A DNA stretch of 64,000 nucleotides from Bryobacterales bacterium (lineage in GTDB: Bacteria > Acidobacteriota > Terriglobia > Bryobacterales > Bryobacteraceae). Shown here piece by piece: positions 53,943-64,000 of this stretch (positions within the stretch are counted from its first letter, which is position 1; every line of letters starts with the position of its first letter). The stretch spans positions 17,018 through 81,017 of the forward strand of contig JBBPYD010000153.1 of the NCBI GenBank assembly GCA_038200305.1, written 5' to 3'. The position numbers and the translations under genes were made by a program. Under the pieces are notes generated by a model. That model searched no databases and was not told where the DNA came from. It was given only the letters and a program-made list of their open reading frames with translations.

Positions 53943-55226
53943 ATGAAAAAAACGATCTCCCCCGCCCGCCGTGTCAGTGGCTCCGTCCGCATACCGGGCG
54001 ACAAGTCGGTCTCGCATCGCTACGCGATGCTCGCCTCCGTCGCCGGAGGTGTCAGCCGCATCCACAACTATTCCACCGGCGCCGACTGTCAATCGACGCT
54101 CGGATGCATGCGGGCGCTGGGCATTGAGATCGGGAAGAAAGAGAACGATGTTGAGATTCACGGAAAGGGTCTTGATGGGCTGAAGGAACCCGCCGGCACG
54201 CTGGATGCTGGCAATTCCGGCTCGACCATCCGCATGCTCTCCGGCATCCTCGCCGGGCAGCCGTTCCGCAGCCGGATTGCCGGTGACGAGTCGCTGTCCC
54301 GCCGTCCGATGGAACGGATCATGAAGCCGCTCGCCGAGATGGGAGCGGCTGTTTCGGCGCACAACGGAAAGTTTCCGCCGCTTGAGATTCAGGGCGGACC
54401 ATTGAAAGTGATCGACTATACGCTTCCCGTTGCGAGCGCTCAGGTTAAGACTTGTGTGTTGTTCGCGGGTCTCTATGCCGACGGTACCACGGTTGTCCGT
54501 GAACCGGTTCGCACTCGCGACCACAGCGAACTGGCGCTGCGCGAGTTCGGCGCGGAGATCAAGAGCGCGGGCGGCGTGATCTCGATCGAAGGCAGGCCCA
54601 AGCTGGAAGGCCGCGAGCTCATGGTGCCCGGCGACCTCTCCTCGGCGGCCTTCTTCCTGGTCGCCGCACTGATCTTGCCCGGCTCCGAGTTGATCCTGCA
54701 AGCTGTTGGATTGAACCCGACGCGGTCATCCTTGATCGATTTTTTGACCTCGATGGGCGCCGAGATCAAGGTGCCCCAGATTCAAGAAGCCGGAGGCGAG
54801 CTGATCGGGAATCTGAAAGTGCGAGGAGGGCGAATCGCCGGAGGCGTGATCGAAAAAGCCCTCACGGCGGCGCTGATCGACGAGATCCCGGTGTTGGCGG
54901 TACTGGGCGCGCTGAGTGAGTCGGGTCTGACGGTACGGGATGCTTCCGAGCTTCGTATCAAGGAGACAGACCGGATCGCTACCATGGCCGAGAACTTCTC
55001 ACGGATGGGTGTCTCGATGGAAGTGTTGCCCGACGGATTCCATGTCCCCGGCAAGCAAAGGTTTCATGCGGCCGAGGTGGACTCTTTTGGGGACCACCGG
55101 ATCGCAATGGCCTGTGCCGTAGCCGCCCTTGCAGCCGACGGAAACTGTACCGTCGATAACGCGGAGGCGGCCTCGGTTTCCTATCCGGAGTTCTACGATG
55201 CCTTACAGGCAATCAGGCAGGCTTAG
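53943..55226 (+). CDS. aroA: 3-phosphoshikimate 1-carboxyvinyltransferase (EPSP synthase)
   Basis: 427 aa. PGDKSVSHR, LDAGNSGSTIRML, RPMERI, and ELRIKETDRI motifs. Confidence 0.95.
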   Translation: MKKTISPARRVSGSVRIPGDKSVSHRYAMLASVAGGVSRIHNYSTGADCQSTLGCMRALGIEIGKKENDVEIHGKGLDGLKEPAGTLDAGNSGSTIRMLSGILAGQPFRSRIAGDESLSRRPMERIMKPLAEMGAAVSAHNGKFPPLEIQGGPLKVIDYTLPVASAQVKTCVLFAGLYADGTTVVREPVRTRDHSELALREFGAEIKSAGGVISIEGRPKLEGRELMVPGDLSSAAFFLVAALILPGSELILQAVGLNPTRSSLIDFLTSMGAEIKVPQIQEAGGELIGNLKVRGGRIAGGVIEKALTAALIDEIPVLAVLGALSESGLTVRDASELRIKETDRIATMAENFSRMGVSMEVLPDGFHVPGKQRFHAAEVDSFGDHRIAMACAVAALAADGNCTVDNAEAASVSYPEFYDALQAIRQA

Positions 55227-55519
55227 CTGGAAGCGGCTGCGTTCGCGAGCTTCAGTTGGTTGACCACGCGTTGAACGCCTTTCACCTTCTTGGCCAGCTT
55301 TTCCGCCTTCATTCGAACGCCTTCTTTCTTGACGACTCCGCTCAACTCGACCACGCCTTGGTTCACCTTCACCGTGATGTCGCCACCGCCAACATCGCGG
55401 TCGCCGGCAAGCTTCAGGCGTACCTGATCGTAAATGGCGTCATCGGAAAGATCTTTCGAAGCCGCGAACACAGTCATCCCAACCAGGAACATCAATAACA
55501 ACAGAGAAATCGTACGCAT
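55223..55519 (-). CDS. BON domain protein (secreted)
   Basis: 98 aa. Signal peptide. DITVKVNQGVVELSGVV...K....A.K.A..V.GV..VVNQL is the BON pattern. Confidence 0.75.
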   Translation of the reverse strand: MRTISLLLLMFLVGMTVFAASKDLSDDAIYDQVRLKLAGDRDVGGGDITVKVNQGVVELSGVVKKEGVRMKAEKLAKKVKGVQRVVNQLKLANAAASS

Positions 55520-55520
55520 G

Positions 55521-56453
55521 TTACTCAGCCTCGTTTGTATTCATGGTACGCCAATCCAATTCATTTAAGAACTCAGGATTATCTCTCCAATTGGCCCGCA
55601 CCTTAACGTTTAACTCTAGAAATACCTTTCGTCCGAGCAGAAGCTCAATCTCCTTGCGGGCTAAGGTGCCGACCCGCTTCAACATGGATGCCTTCGCGCC
55701 GATGAGAATGGCTTTCTGACCCTCCCGCTCCACATAGATAGTAGCGGCGATGCGCGTGAGAGTCTTCTTATCCTGAAACTCGTCCACCATCACGGCAACC
55801 GAGTGCGGCACCTCCTGCCGTGTCTCGCGCAGAATCCGCTCACGGATGAGTTCGGCCGCCATGAAGCGCTCGGGTTGATCGGTGATGTAGTCGGCGGGAA
55901 AGTGCTCGGGGCCGGCCGGCATCCGTTTCAGGATCGCGGCGCGAAGTTCATCCAGACCCTGGCCCTTCAGAGCGGAAACGGGTAGGTATTCATCGAATTC
56001 GAGCGCGCTCTTATACTGCTCAATGAGCGGCAGCAACTGCGCTTTCTCTTTCACCCAGTCAATCTTATTCAGGACCAGGAAGACGGGTGTGTCCGCCTTG
56101 CGCACCAGGTCCAGCGCTTGAGCGTCCTCTTCCTCAAAGCGGCGGGTTGCATCGGCGGTGTAGAGCAGAAGATCGCGCTCGTCCAATGACGCGCGAACGG
56201 CGATCATCATACGCCGGTTGAAGAGCGTGTCGGACCGATGGATGCCTGGGGTATCGAGAAAAACTACCTGAGAATGTGCCGTAGTCCAGACACCCTGTAT
56301 GGAGGTGCGCGTGGTCTGTGGCTGCTCGGCGACGATGGCGAGCTTTGCGCCTACAAGTGCATTCAGGAGCGTGGACTTTCCAGCGCTCGGGCGGCCTAGA
56401 ATCGAGACGAATCCGGAGACGAACTCCGGTTGACCACTACTGGTTTCAGGCAT
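55521..56453 (-). CDS. era: GTPase Era
   Basis: 310 aa. G1 GRPSAGKSTLLN, G3 DTPG, G4 NKID. C-terminal KH domain. Confidence 0.95.
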   Translation of the reverse strand: MPETSSGQPEFVSGFVSILGRPSAGKSTLLNALVGAKLAIVAEQPQTTRTSIQGVWTTAHSQVVFLDTPGIHRSDTLFNRRMMIAVRASLDERDLLLYTADATRRFEEEDAQALDLVRKADTPVFLVLNKIDWVKEKAQLLPLIEQYKSALEFDEYLPVSALKGQGLDELRAAILKRMPAGPEHFPADYITDQPERFMAAELIRERILRETRQEVPHSVAVMVDEFQDKKTLTRIAATIYVEREGQKAILIGAKASMLKRVGTLARKEIELLLGRKVFLELNVKVRANWRDNPEFLNELDWRTMNTNEAE

Positions 56454-57723
56454 CGGGTCTCAATTCGGACTTCTCCACTTCCGTCTTTGAAATGCGTACC
56501 TGGTCCACTCGCAGCTCGTTTCCAGCGAGCACTTCGATGCGGATGCCGCCGCGTTCAATGGCCTCGCCAACGCGTGGAACCCGGCCCATCAGCTCACTCA
56601 CCAAGCCACCGACGGTTGTAGATTCGATTTCACCGGATGCGCGGAATCCCACTAATTCGTCCAGATGATCGACGTTAAAGCTACCCGAAACGATGAAACG
56701 TCCCGCTGTATCCTGTTCGATGTCGAGCGTGGGCTCATGCTCGTCGCGGATCTCCCCGACAATCTCTTCCACCATGTCTTCCATGGTGGCTAGACCAGCG
56801 GTATTTCCATACTCATCAATCACAATTGCCATGTGAGCGCCGTCACGCTGCATTTCGCGGAGCAGGTCGTTCACTGGCTTGGTTTCGGGAACAAGACGGA
56901 CCGGACGCGCAAGTTCCCGGACTGTCCGTTGCGAGCGGTCGCCATGATCGAGCTCAAACATATCGCGAACGTGAACGAATCCAATTGGCTGGTCTATGGA
57001 ATCCTCGTACACAGGGATTCTGGAAAACTGTTCATTGATGACCAGGCGCCGGAGATCGTCGAGAGTGCTGTCCGCTGAGATTGCTACGATATTCGGGCGC
57101 GGCGTCATCACTTCCCGGACGGTCTTGTCTCCGAATGCGACCACCGATTGAATGAGCCGGCGGTCGTCCTCTTCGATGATGCCCTCTTCCGTACCAGCGG
57201 AGATGAGAGCTTCGATATTCTCAGCCGGGGTAGATGCCTCTTCCGCTTTCTTCTCTTCGGCTCCCAACTGAGCCAGCGATTGCAAGAATTCGAGCAGCCC
57301 GGTTAGCGGCCGGACTACGATTGCGAGCCCGCTTAGGATGGGTGAGAACCCGGCCAGCCATCTGCCGGAAGTGTGCCGGTAAAGGAGTTGTGGCACTACA
57401 TACGTGCCGATCAGCATGGTGAGCCAGGCGAACGCGAGGGCTTCAATTACACTCTGTTTGGAAATTACATCCTCACGCGTGTAGATGGCGGCGTAGAAGA
57501 CGCCGACAAAGACTAGAAGGCTGTGTTTGATAAGCGAAAAACTCAACGTGCCATTTTCCGGCTTCAGCCCGATGCGGTCTTCGAGTGTCTCCTTGAAGAA
57601 TTGCAGCGAAGGCAGGTCTCGCGCTCTCAGCCGCTGCGCCTCGATGTAGAACATCTGGACGAGCGTCACCAGCGCGAGTAGGATAGTGGCCGCGATCACC
57701 AGTACAATAAAGAGCGCTGTCAT
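56446..57723 (-). CDS. CNNM/HlyC-CorC family transporter (DUF21 + CBS pair + CorC_HlyC)
   Basis: 425 aa. N-terminal TM domain. VREVMTPR, CBS pair. C-terminal transporter-associated domain. Confidence 0.85.
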   Translation of the reverse strand: MTALFIVLVIAATILLALVTLVQMFYIEAQRLRARDLPSLQFFKETLEDRIGLKPENGTLSFSLIKHSLLVFVGVFYAAIYTREDVISKQSVIEALAFAWLTMLIGTYVVPQLLYRHTSGRWLAGFSPILSGLAIVVRPLTGLLEFLQSLAQLGAEEKKAEEASTPAENIEALISAGTEEGIIEEDDRRLIQSVVAFGDKTVREVMTPRPNIVAISADSTLDDLRRLVINEQFSRIPVYEDSIDQPIGFVHVRDMFELDHGDRSQRTVRELARPVRLVPETKPVNDLLREMQRDGAHMAIVIDEYGNTAGLATMEDMVEEIVGEIRDEHEPTLDIEQDTAGRFIVSGSFNVDHLDELVGFRASGEIESTTVGGLVSELMGRVPRVGEAIERGGIRIEVLAGNELRVDQVRISKTEVEKSELRPDA

Positions 57724-58166
57724 ACGCGGGCGCGCTCAGTGAGTGCGGCGGGCAGGTTAAACAACTTACGCCACCGCTTTTCAGAGCGCGACATCTCACC
57801 CGAGTCGGTTTCGTGATCCATGCCGGTCAGGTGGAGGAGACCGTGCAACATGAGGATTTTGATCTCCTCTGCGATGGAATGATCAAATTCCGCAGCTTGT
57901 TCAGCCGCTCGATCGGCGGAGATAGCGATGTCGCCAAGGCTCTCCGTCGGCTCGTCTGACGGAAATGACAGGACATCTGTTGGGTAGTCTTTTAGGCGGA
58001 AGTCACGGTTGAGACGCCGCAATTCGCGATCATCGGTGATTAGACAGCAGAACTCCCGGCCTCCCGCTACCTCCCGCTGCAACACGCCGGCAAATTCCTT
58101 CAAATCACGCCGCGGCAAGCCTGTAGGCGCCCGGCGGAATAGAAGAAGGCTCTCCTGAGCGGGCAT
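57720..58166 (-). CDS. ybeY: rRNA maturation endoribonuclease YbeY
   Basis: HGLLHLTGMDHE zinc motif. Start set at ATG 58166 to avoid overlap with the phoH end. Confidence 0.9.
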   Translation of the reverse strand: MPAQESLLLFRRAPTGLPRRDLKEFAGVLQREVAGGREFCCLITDDRELRRLNRDFRLKDYPTDVLSFPSDEPTESLGDIAISADRAAEQAAEFDHSIAEEIKILMLHGLLHLTGMDHETDSGEMSRSEKRWRKLFNLPAALTERARV

Positions 58167-58176
58167 TGACGGAAAA

Positions 58177-59244
58177 TCATGCGTTGGGAAATTCCAGCCC
58201 ATTATTCGGCGCGAGAGGAATCACGCCGGGTTCGCCCGGCGCTTCCAATTGCAAATCTCCGCCGAGTTTCAGAGCGAACTGGCGGCCCGCTCCGATCTGC
58301 TTGTTATAGCGCTCGTAAGCCTGCACGATTTTTTGCACCAGACTATGCCGGACGACGTCGGAATCGTCGAATTGCACGAAACTGATGCCTTCCACGCCAC
58401 GGAGCACTTCAGTGGCGTTCAACAGCCCACATATCTTGCCGGAGGGAAGATCGACTTGTGTCAGATCTCCGGTGACCACCATTTTGGAATTAAATCCCTG
58501 CCGGGTGAGGATCATTTTCATCTGTTCGGAGGTGCTGTTCTGCGCTTCGTCCATAATGATGAAACTGTCGTTCAGCGTGCGCCCGCGCATGAAAGCAATG
58601 GGAGCTACTTCAATGACGGACTTTTCAAGAAGCTTCTCCACCTTCTCCGCCTCGATCATCTCAAACAGGGCGTCGTACAGCGGGCGAAGATATGGATCGA
58701 TTTTCTCCTGTAAAGTGCCGGGCAGGAAGCCGAGCTTTTCTCCGGCTTCGACGGCCGGCCGGGTCAGAATGATACGGCTGACCTTCTTGTTCAACAGCGC
58801 GGAAACGGCCATCGCAACGGCGAGATAGGTCTTGCCGGTTCCGGCCGGACCGATGCCGAACGTGAGGTCATGGCGCTCGATTGCGTCAATGTAGCGCCGT
58901 TGATTTATTGTTTTCGGCGCAAGCGTCTTCTTGCCGAACGCGCGCTGGCGTCCACTGACCACCAGGTTGCGCAAGGTGACTGAAGGATCGTTCACAACCA
59001 CGCGAAGATAGCTATTCAGGTCGCCGTTATTGAACGTTTGTCCCTCGCGGATCAGAGAGGCGTAGTCGGCGAGAATGCTCTCAGCGCGGAGTACGCTGGC
59101 GTCTTCGCCTTCGATTTCTATACTTTCATTGGCGATGCGGGTGCGGACATTTAAGCCGTTTTCCAGGAGGCGGATGTTTTCATCCCGGGTTCCGAAGAGG
59201 GACTCGATACCATTCGTCATCTGAACACTAACTTTCATTAGCAA
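58177..59244 (-). CDS. phoH: PhoH family ATPase
   Basis: Walker A GPAGTGKTYLAVA. Walker B IIMDEAQN. Conserved phoH-ybeY-CNNM-era order. The exact start is uncertain (59244, 59238 or 59220). Confidence 0.9.
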   Translation of the reverse strand: MLMKVSVQMTNGIESLFGTRDENIRLLENGLNVRTRIANESIEIEGEDASVLRAESILADYASLIREGQTFNNGDLNSYLRVVVNDPSVTLRNLVVSGRQRAFGKKTLAPKTINQRRYIDAIERHDLTFGIGPAGTGKTYLAVAMAVSALLNKKVSRIILTRPAVEAGEKLGFLPGTLQEKIDPYLRPLYDALFEMIEAEKVEKLLEKSVIEVAPIAFMRGRTLNDSFIIMDEAQNSTSEQMKMILTRQGFNSKMVVTGDLTQVDLPSGKICGLLNATEVLRGVEGISFVQFDDSDVVRHSLVQKIVQAYERYNKQIGAGRQFALKLGGDLQLEAPGEPGVIPLAPNNGLEFPNA

Positions 59245-59360
59245 AGGAGAGGATTACCTCCATTTAGGAATTTTGTGGAAGTACGGACTTGGAACTATCG
59301 AGATGCGAGAGGAAAGCATCCGCTGGGGCAGGAGAGATATGTACATCCGTCCTTATTATA

Positions 59361-60389
59361 TCAGGGCCGATCTGGAATTCGATCCACGATTTCGACACGC
59401 CCCCGCTCCGCGGCTACGGACGGGTGGGAGCCGTACTTCTCAGCGTAAATATGAGTGAATTCCGCACCGAGGAAAAAGATCTGAGCCGAATAGTAAACCC
59501 AGATGAGCAGAATGACCAGAGAGCCGGCCGCACCATAGGTGGAACCGAAACCAGCTTTACCGAGATAGAGTCCAATCAGGAATTTCCCAACGGTGAACAA
59601 CAAGGACGTGATTGCCGCGCCCAGCGCCACGTCTCCCCACGAGATGTAGATATCGGGGATGAACTTGTAGATGAGCGCGAATAGGAACGTGACCACCACG
59701 AACGAGATGACGAAGTTCGCGATCTGCAAAATCCACTCTTCCGTCGGAAGATAATTTTTGAACGAATCGCCAAGAGCAGCGAGTGCCGCATTGATTGCCA
59801 GCGACACCAACAAAAGGAATCCAACTCCCATCACCATCGCGAAAGCAAGAGTGCGGTCTCGCAGCACGGCAACGATACTTTTCAATAGACCGCACGCCTC
59901 CTTGGCGGGAACGTTCCAAATTACGTTCAGAGCATCGCGAAGTTCCGCAACCACGGCAGAAGCGCCAAAGAAAAGGGTGATCAGGCCCAGAACCGCGGCG
60001 ATGGCGCCGGAGGCAGGCTTATGGGCACTGGTGAGCATCGCCTTGACCGCCTGCGCACCTTCATACCCCACCAGGTCCTGAATCTGCCAGACTACCTGGC
60101 CGATAGCGGCTTCGCGCCCGAATACAAGCCCCGCAACGGCTATGACGACCACCAGGAGAGGGGCAAGCGACAGGATGGTGTAAAAAGCGAGGGACGCGCC
60201 CAGACGAGGAACTTTATGGATCAGGAAGTAGTCGGAAGTCGTCGTTAGCAAATTCCAGATCTGGCTCCAGCGCAGAGACGCCACGCGCCGAATTGTTATA
60301 TCTGAACGGTCTTCGGGATTTGCACCGGTTTGCGTCAGCCGGGGCGTCTCCGAAGGTTCTGGATCGGTAAGACTGATATCGCGCCTCAC
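59361..60389 (-). CDS. YihY/BrkB (virulence factor BrkB / former ribonuclease BN) family membrane protein
   Basis: 342 aa. Six TM segments. LGASLAFYTILSLAPLL and GAAGSLVILLIWVYYSAQIFFLGAEFT signatures. Confidence 0.85.
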   Translation of the reverse strand: MRRDISLTDPEPSETPRLTQTGANPEDRSDITIRRVASLRWSQIWNLLTTTSDYFLIHKVPRLGASLAFYTILSLAPLLVVVIAVAGLVFGREAAIGQVVWQIQDLVGYEGAQAVKAMLTSAHKPASGAIAAVLGLITLFFGASAVVAELRDALNVIWNVPAKEACGLLKSIVAVLRDRTLAFAMVMGVGFLLLVSLAINAALAALGDSFKNYLPTEEWILQIANFVISFVVVTFLFALIYKFIPDIYISWGDVALGAAITSLLFTVGKFLIGLYLGKAGFGSTYGAAGSLVILLIWVYYSAQIFFLGAEFTHIYAEKYGSHPSVAAERGRVEIVDRIPDRP

Positions 60390-60391
60390 AC

Positions 60392-61198
60392 CTAGGTGAG
60401 ACGCTGGGAAGAGTGGGGTGTTTCGTTTGTGGCGTACTCGGCTGTCTGTACGGCGGTTTTGCGGAAATATCGAGCAAGCCTGGGATTAGCGCCTTGGAGT
60501 CCGTCCGCAATCTCCCCCAGCAGGGCTTCGCTAGATCCTGGCAATGCTTTCGCACCCGATTTCAGGAAGTCCCGCAGCGTCTTCTCAACAAGCGTGGCAG
60601 CGATCTGATGGGCGTACCTTATGGGAAGCCCCGAATCCCGTAGACAATCCACGGCACCGGTGATTGTGGAAGCCAGAAAGTCAGTGGCGAAGGTGATGCC
60701 CGCCAGGTATTGTTTTTTGGCCCCCTGGCGAATCTCGATCGCACGGACATCCCCTTGTTCGATCAACGCACGCATCTCCCGGACGGCGGAGTCATTTCCT
60801 TCGATCACATAACGGAGGTCCTCAAATCCGGTAATCGCATCAAAGGAGCCCACGGCGGCACCTTGCGATTCCAGACGCGTTAGCTCACCGCTACCAAGAG
60901 AGGAGTTGCACAAGATCGCAATCTTCTGCGTCCAATCGATTCCGGTTCCGGCAAGCTCTCCAAGGATGCCAGGGAGTTGGTCATCCGGCACGTTCACCAG
61001 GATGGTTTGCGAATCGGCAATCGCCTGGTATTCGGCAACCGGAGCGCCACCACCCAGAGCGTTAACGGCGCGGCTTGCGCGTTGTAGGGTTCCGGACTTT
61101 ACTGGCCCGAGTTGAGCGATGATCTTGGGAAGCCGCGCAATGCCGTTCCTACTAATTGGACCCGCGCACACCAGAGCTAAGGATCGTGCTTTCGTCAT
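60392..61198 (-). CDS. Rossmann-like / DUF2520-type protein (hypothetical)
   Basis: Start moved to ATG 61198 ([14 protein letters not shown]...). This still overlaps the uvrB 3' end by 47 nt. Family assignment is weak. Confidence 0.5.
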   Translation of the reverse strand: MTKARSLALVCAGPISRNGIARLPKIIAQLGPVKSGTLQRASRAVNALGGGAPVAEYQAIADSQTILVNVPDDQLPGILGELAGTGIDWTQKIAILCNSSLGSGELTRLESQGAAVGSFDAITGFEDLRYVIEGNDSAVREMRALIEQGDVRAIEIRQGAKKQYLAGITFATDFLASTITGAVDCLRDSGLPIRYAHQIAATLVEKTLRDFLKSGAKALPGSSEALLGEIADGLQGANPRLARYFRKTAVQTAEYATNETPHSSQRLT

Positions 61199-63176
61199 AC
61201 AATCCGCGTCCCTTGACAGCTTTGATCCGGTCGCGCAATTGCGCCGCCTTTTCGAACTCGAAGTGCTTGGCGAACTCACGCATTTGCCGCTCCATCTCAA
61301 CAAGGTACTGTTGCCTCTCGACCTCTGTCATCTCCTCCACCGGGCTTTCAGGCTCTACGGGAACCGTGACGTAATCCGCTTCAGCCACTCTGATAAGACT
61401 CATATCGATCGGCTTGATTATCGATTCAGGAGTGATGTCATTTTCGGTATTGTAAGCCGCCTGAATGCTACGCCGGCGATAGGTCTCATCCATGGCCCGC
61501 TTCATGCTTGCGGTGATGACATCGGCGTACAAAATGGCGAGACCGTTCAGGTTCCGGGCAGCGCGGCCGATGGTCTGGATGAGCGATCCCCCTGAGCGCA
61601 AGAACCCTTCTTTATCCGCATCGAGGATCGCGACGAGTGAAACTTCCGGCAGGTCGAGGCCCTCACGGAGAAGATTGACTCCGATGAGAGCATCGAACAC
61701 GCCGCGGCGCAGGTCGCGAAGGATTTTGATCCGGTCGAGCGTGCTCACTTCCGAGTGGAGGTACGCGCATTTAATGCCAACTTCCGAGTAGTACTCCGCG
61801 AGATCTTCCGACATGCGCTTGGTGAGTGTGGTCACCAACACGCGCTCGTTCTTCTCGGTGCGTAGCCGGATCTCGTTCAAAAGATCGTCCACTTGTCCTT
61901 TGATGGGGCGAACGTCTATCTCGGGGTCGATCAGGCCAGTAGGGCGGATGATCTGTTCTACTACCACTCCGGCGGATTTGGTGAGCTCATAAGGTCCCGG
62001 AGTAGCCGAGACGTAGATGACTTGATTCACTCGGTTCTCAAATTCTTCGAATGTGAGAGGCCGATTATCGAGCGCGCTAGGAAGCCGGAAACCATATGAA
62101 ATCAGGTTCTCTTTGCGGGAGCGGTCGCCATGAAACATCGCTTGTAGTTGGGGCATGGTCTGATGGCTCTCGTCGATGAACATGAGCGAATCGTGCGGCA
62201 GATAATCGAGCAGCGTAGGCGGCGCTTCGCCCGGAAGCCGTCCGGAGAAGTGCCGGGAATAGTTCTCAACGCCGTGGCAATATCCGATCTCGCGCATCAT
62301 TTCCAGGTCGAACATGGTGCGCTGATAAAGCCGCTGCGCCTCAATAAGCTTTCCGCCCTTTTCGAGCTCTTTGTGCCACCACCCAAGCTCCAGCTCAATG
62401 CTGCGCATGGCTTGTTCACGCGTGGCCGGGCTCATTACGTAATGGGTTTTGGGATAGATGGGAAGGCGCAGATACGTCTGCTTAATTTGGCCAAGCAGCG
62501 GATCGATCTGCGACAGGGTCTCAATCTCATCGCCCCAGAATTCAATTCGATACGCGTTGTCGTCGTAGGTGGGAAACAACTCCACCACATCGCCACGCAC
62601 GCGGAATGTGCCGCGGCGGAAGTCATGATCGTTGCGTTCGTACAACAGTTCGACCAGTTTACCGGTGAGTTCTTTGCGAGATATCTTCTGGCCCTTTTCC
62701 AGCATCAGCAGCATGCCGTAATAGGCTTCGGGTGACCCGAGACCGTAAATGCAACTGACGCTGGCGACGATCACGCAATCGCGGCGCTCAAACAGGGACC
62801 TGGTTGCGGAGAGCCGCAGCTTATCGAGTTCCTCATTGATGGTGGACTCTTTTTCGATGTAGACGTCGCCCGAAGGAATGTACGCTTCCGGCTGGTAATA
62901 ATCGTAGTAGCTGACGAAATATTCGACGGCGTTCGATGGAAAGAAAGTTTTGAACTCGTGGTAGAGCTGGGCGGCAAGCAGCTTATTATGAGCCAGAACC
63001 AGCGCGGGGCGGCCCATCCGCTCAATGATCTTAGCCATGGTGAAGGTTTTGCCGGAACCGGTAACCCCGAGCAGAACCTGATGTTTTTCGTCTTCCTTAA
63101 TACCTCGAACGAGTTGTTCGATGGCGGTCACCTGATCGCCGCGAGGGCGATAATCGACGGCCAGTTGGAAACCCAT
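61152..63176 (-). CDS. uvrB: excinuclease ABC subunit B
   Basis: 674 aa. [17 protein letters not shown]-terminal UVR domain ([13 protein letters not shown]). Confidence 0.95.
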   Translation of the reverse strand: MGFQLAVDYRPRGDQVTAIEQLVRGIKEDEKHQVLLGVTGSGKTFTMAKIIERMGRPALVLAHNKLLAAQLYHEFKTFFPSNAVEYFVSYYDYYQPEAYIPSGDVYIEKESTINEELDKLRLSATRSLFERRDCVIVASVSCIYGLGSPEAYYGMLLMLEKGQKISRKELTGKLVELLYERNDHDFRRGTFRVRGDVVELFPTYDDNAYRIEFWGDEIETLSQIDPLLGQIKQTYLRLPIYPKTHYVMSPATREQAMRSIELELGWWHKELEKGGKLIEAQRLYQRTMFDLEMMREIGYCHGVENYSRHFSGRLPGEAPPTLLDYLPHDSLMFIDESHQTMPQLQAMFHGDRSRKENLISYGFRLPSALDNRPLTFEEFENRVNQVIYVSATPGPYELTKSAGVVVEQIIRPTGLIDPEIDVRPIKGQVDDLLNEIRLRTEKNERVLVTTLTKRMSEDLAEYYSEVGIKCAYLHSEVSTLDRIKILRDLRRGVFDALIGVNLLREGLDLPEVSLVAILDADKEGFLRSGGSLIQTIGRAARNLNGLAILYADVITASMKRAMDETYRRRSIQAAYNTENDITPESIIKPIDMSLIRVAEADYVTVPVEPESPVEEMTEVERQQYLVEMERQMREFAKHFEFEKAAQLRDRIKAVKGRGLYDESTILSSGVRGSN

Positions 63177-63242
63177 ATATTTTTAGTGTGCCACAGGGGC
63201 GAGGGTCCCCTACCGCGCCGCGTGGTATGTGGAAAGATAAGG

Positions 63243-63449
63243 ATGAAGCGGCCATTTCCCGCAACTGTCTGGCGCGAGGGTGAGTGGTACGTTTCACAGT
63301 GTTTGGAGACTAACGTTGCCAGCCAGGGTGAAACGGAAGAAGAGGCCCTTGCAAACCTAAAGGAAGCGCTGGAACTCCACTTCGAGTCTCCGAAGGCGCC
63401 TCGTCCGCCGGGAGTTCGCATGATAGGCCGAGGTTGGGCGGCGGCTTAG
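63243..63449 (+). CDS. HicB-like antitoxin-family small protein (solitary)
   Basis: 68 aa from ATG 63243. ATVWREGEWYVSQCLETNVASQGETEEEALANLKEALELHFE matches the short HicB/UPF0150 pattern. No HicA-like ORF on either side. Confidence 0.6.
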   Translation: MKRPFPATVWREGEWYVSQCLETNVASQGETEEEALANLKEALELHFESPKAPRPPGVRMIGRGWAAA

Positions 63450-63494
63450 CTTCAACCTTTTCGCTAAGTCAAACATCGACTTGAAGTAGCAGGC

Positions 63495-64000
63495 TTACTC
63501 ATAGCGCAAGGCCACAATCGGGTCGACACGCGTTGCGCGTATTGCTGGAATGCAGCAGGCCGCGAGTCCGAAAACGACGATCACCAACACGCCACAGGCC
63601 AGAGCAACCGGATCAAACGCCGCGACAGCCCACACCTGACTCGATATCAGCCGGTTTGCCGCAAAGCTGGCCAGCACGCCTATTAAGACGCCAACGCCGA
63701 TCAGCCGTAGCGCCATACCCAAAACCGTTTGGAATACGTCGCGCCGTCTGGCGCCAAGAGCCAGGCGAATCCCGATTTCCCGGGTTTGACGAGACACTGC
63801 ATACGCCATGACGCCGTATACACCCGTGCCGACCAGCACCAGACCGATGCCGGCGAACACGCTCAATAGCATTACGCTGAAGCGCGGACGCGCATACGAA
63901 CCATCGCGAAGCATATCCTCCAAGGTTGCCGTCTGCCCCAGCATGATGTTGCTGTCGACCGCGCGAATCTCTTGCCTGACGGCGCTCAGGATCGGATGAC
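63495..64000 (-). CDS. ADOP-family ABC permease, C-terminal FtsX domain (5' part outside the window)
   Basis: The frame is open to the window edge (...HPILSAVRQEIRAVDSNIMLGQTATLEDML...). REIGIRLALGARRRDV and the terminal IPAIRATRVDPIVALRYE are ADOP/MacB signatures. Confidence 0.85.
   Translation of the reverse strand, partial: HPILSAVRQEIRAVDSNIMLGQTATLEDMLRDGSYARPRFSVMLLSVFAGIGLVLVGTGVYGVMAYAVSRQTREIGIRLALGARRRDVFQTVLGMALRLIGVGVLIGVLASFAANRLISSQVWAVAAFDPVALACGVLVIVVFGLAACCIPAIRATRVDPIVALRYE

Noticed and set aside
63177-63242. An SOS (LexA) operator upstream of uvrB.
   Set aside because: The 66-bp upstream region shows no GTTC-N7-GTTC-type or CTGT-N8-ACAG-type motif on either strand.

Overview
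High-GC bacterial chromosome segment. The gene content points to Acidobacteriota (Solibacter/Bryobacter-like): CarboxypepD_reg-type TonB receptors, ADOP permeases with PadR, PSCyt/DUF1549/DUF1553 + DUF1501 and DUF1592-family + DUF1552 pairs, and ASPIC/UnbV proteins. This taxon call is an inference from gene content only. About 50 protein-coding genes can be supported. I found no rRNA, tRNA, transposase, integrase or CRISPR array.

Layout:
- 1-8 kb: metabolism, an ECF sigma/anti-sigma pair and arsR-arsM.
- 8.3-9.5 kb: a decayed PadR-ADOP pair.
- 9.5-14.6 kb and 35.7-39.6 kb: two unknown-function CxxCH-protein/Tat-partner pairs.
- 14.7-26.3 kb: a polysaccharide-utilisation-like block (TonB receptor, TPR proteins, esterase-SMP30 fusion, CRTAC1/ASPIC, GH51 arabinofuranosidase).
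- 28-33.4 kb: a chain of six overlapping genes (MATE, GATase, DinG, QueD, DinB, DUF4188).
- 49.5-63.2 kb: housekeeping genes (gatB, aroA, era-CNNM-ybeY-phoH, uvrB) and an MgtE-sensor/NRAMP-related transporter pair.

Main finding: at 41.2-48.3 kb (minus strand) there is a type I-G (formerly I-U) CRISPR-Cas interference module, cas3 (C-terminal HD)-csx17/cas8u2-csb1/cas7-csb2/cas5-6. It has no cas4/cas1, no cas2 and no repeat array in the window. It looks eroded: csx17 has two homopolymer frameshifts, and csb2 appears to lose its C-terminus at a junction with a heavily frameshifted 5' fragment of a convergent TonB-receptor gene. That fits a deletion that removed the adaptation genes and the array.

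Second theme: nonsense and frameshift lesions cluster in accessory genes (ECF sigma, PadR, ADOP permease, an SDR, a TPR gene, the TonB-receptor fragment, csx17, and a hypothetical gene next to cas3), while long and housekeeping genes are intact.

All calls come from reading the translations and the nucleotide sequence by eye. No database searches were run.
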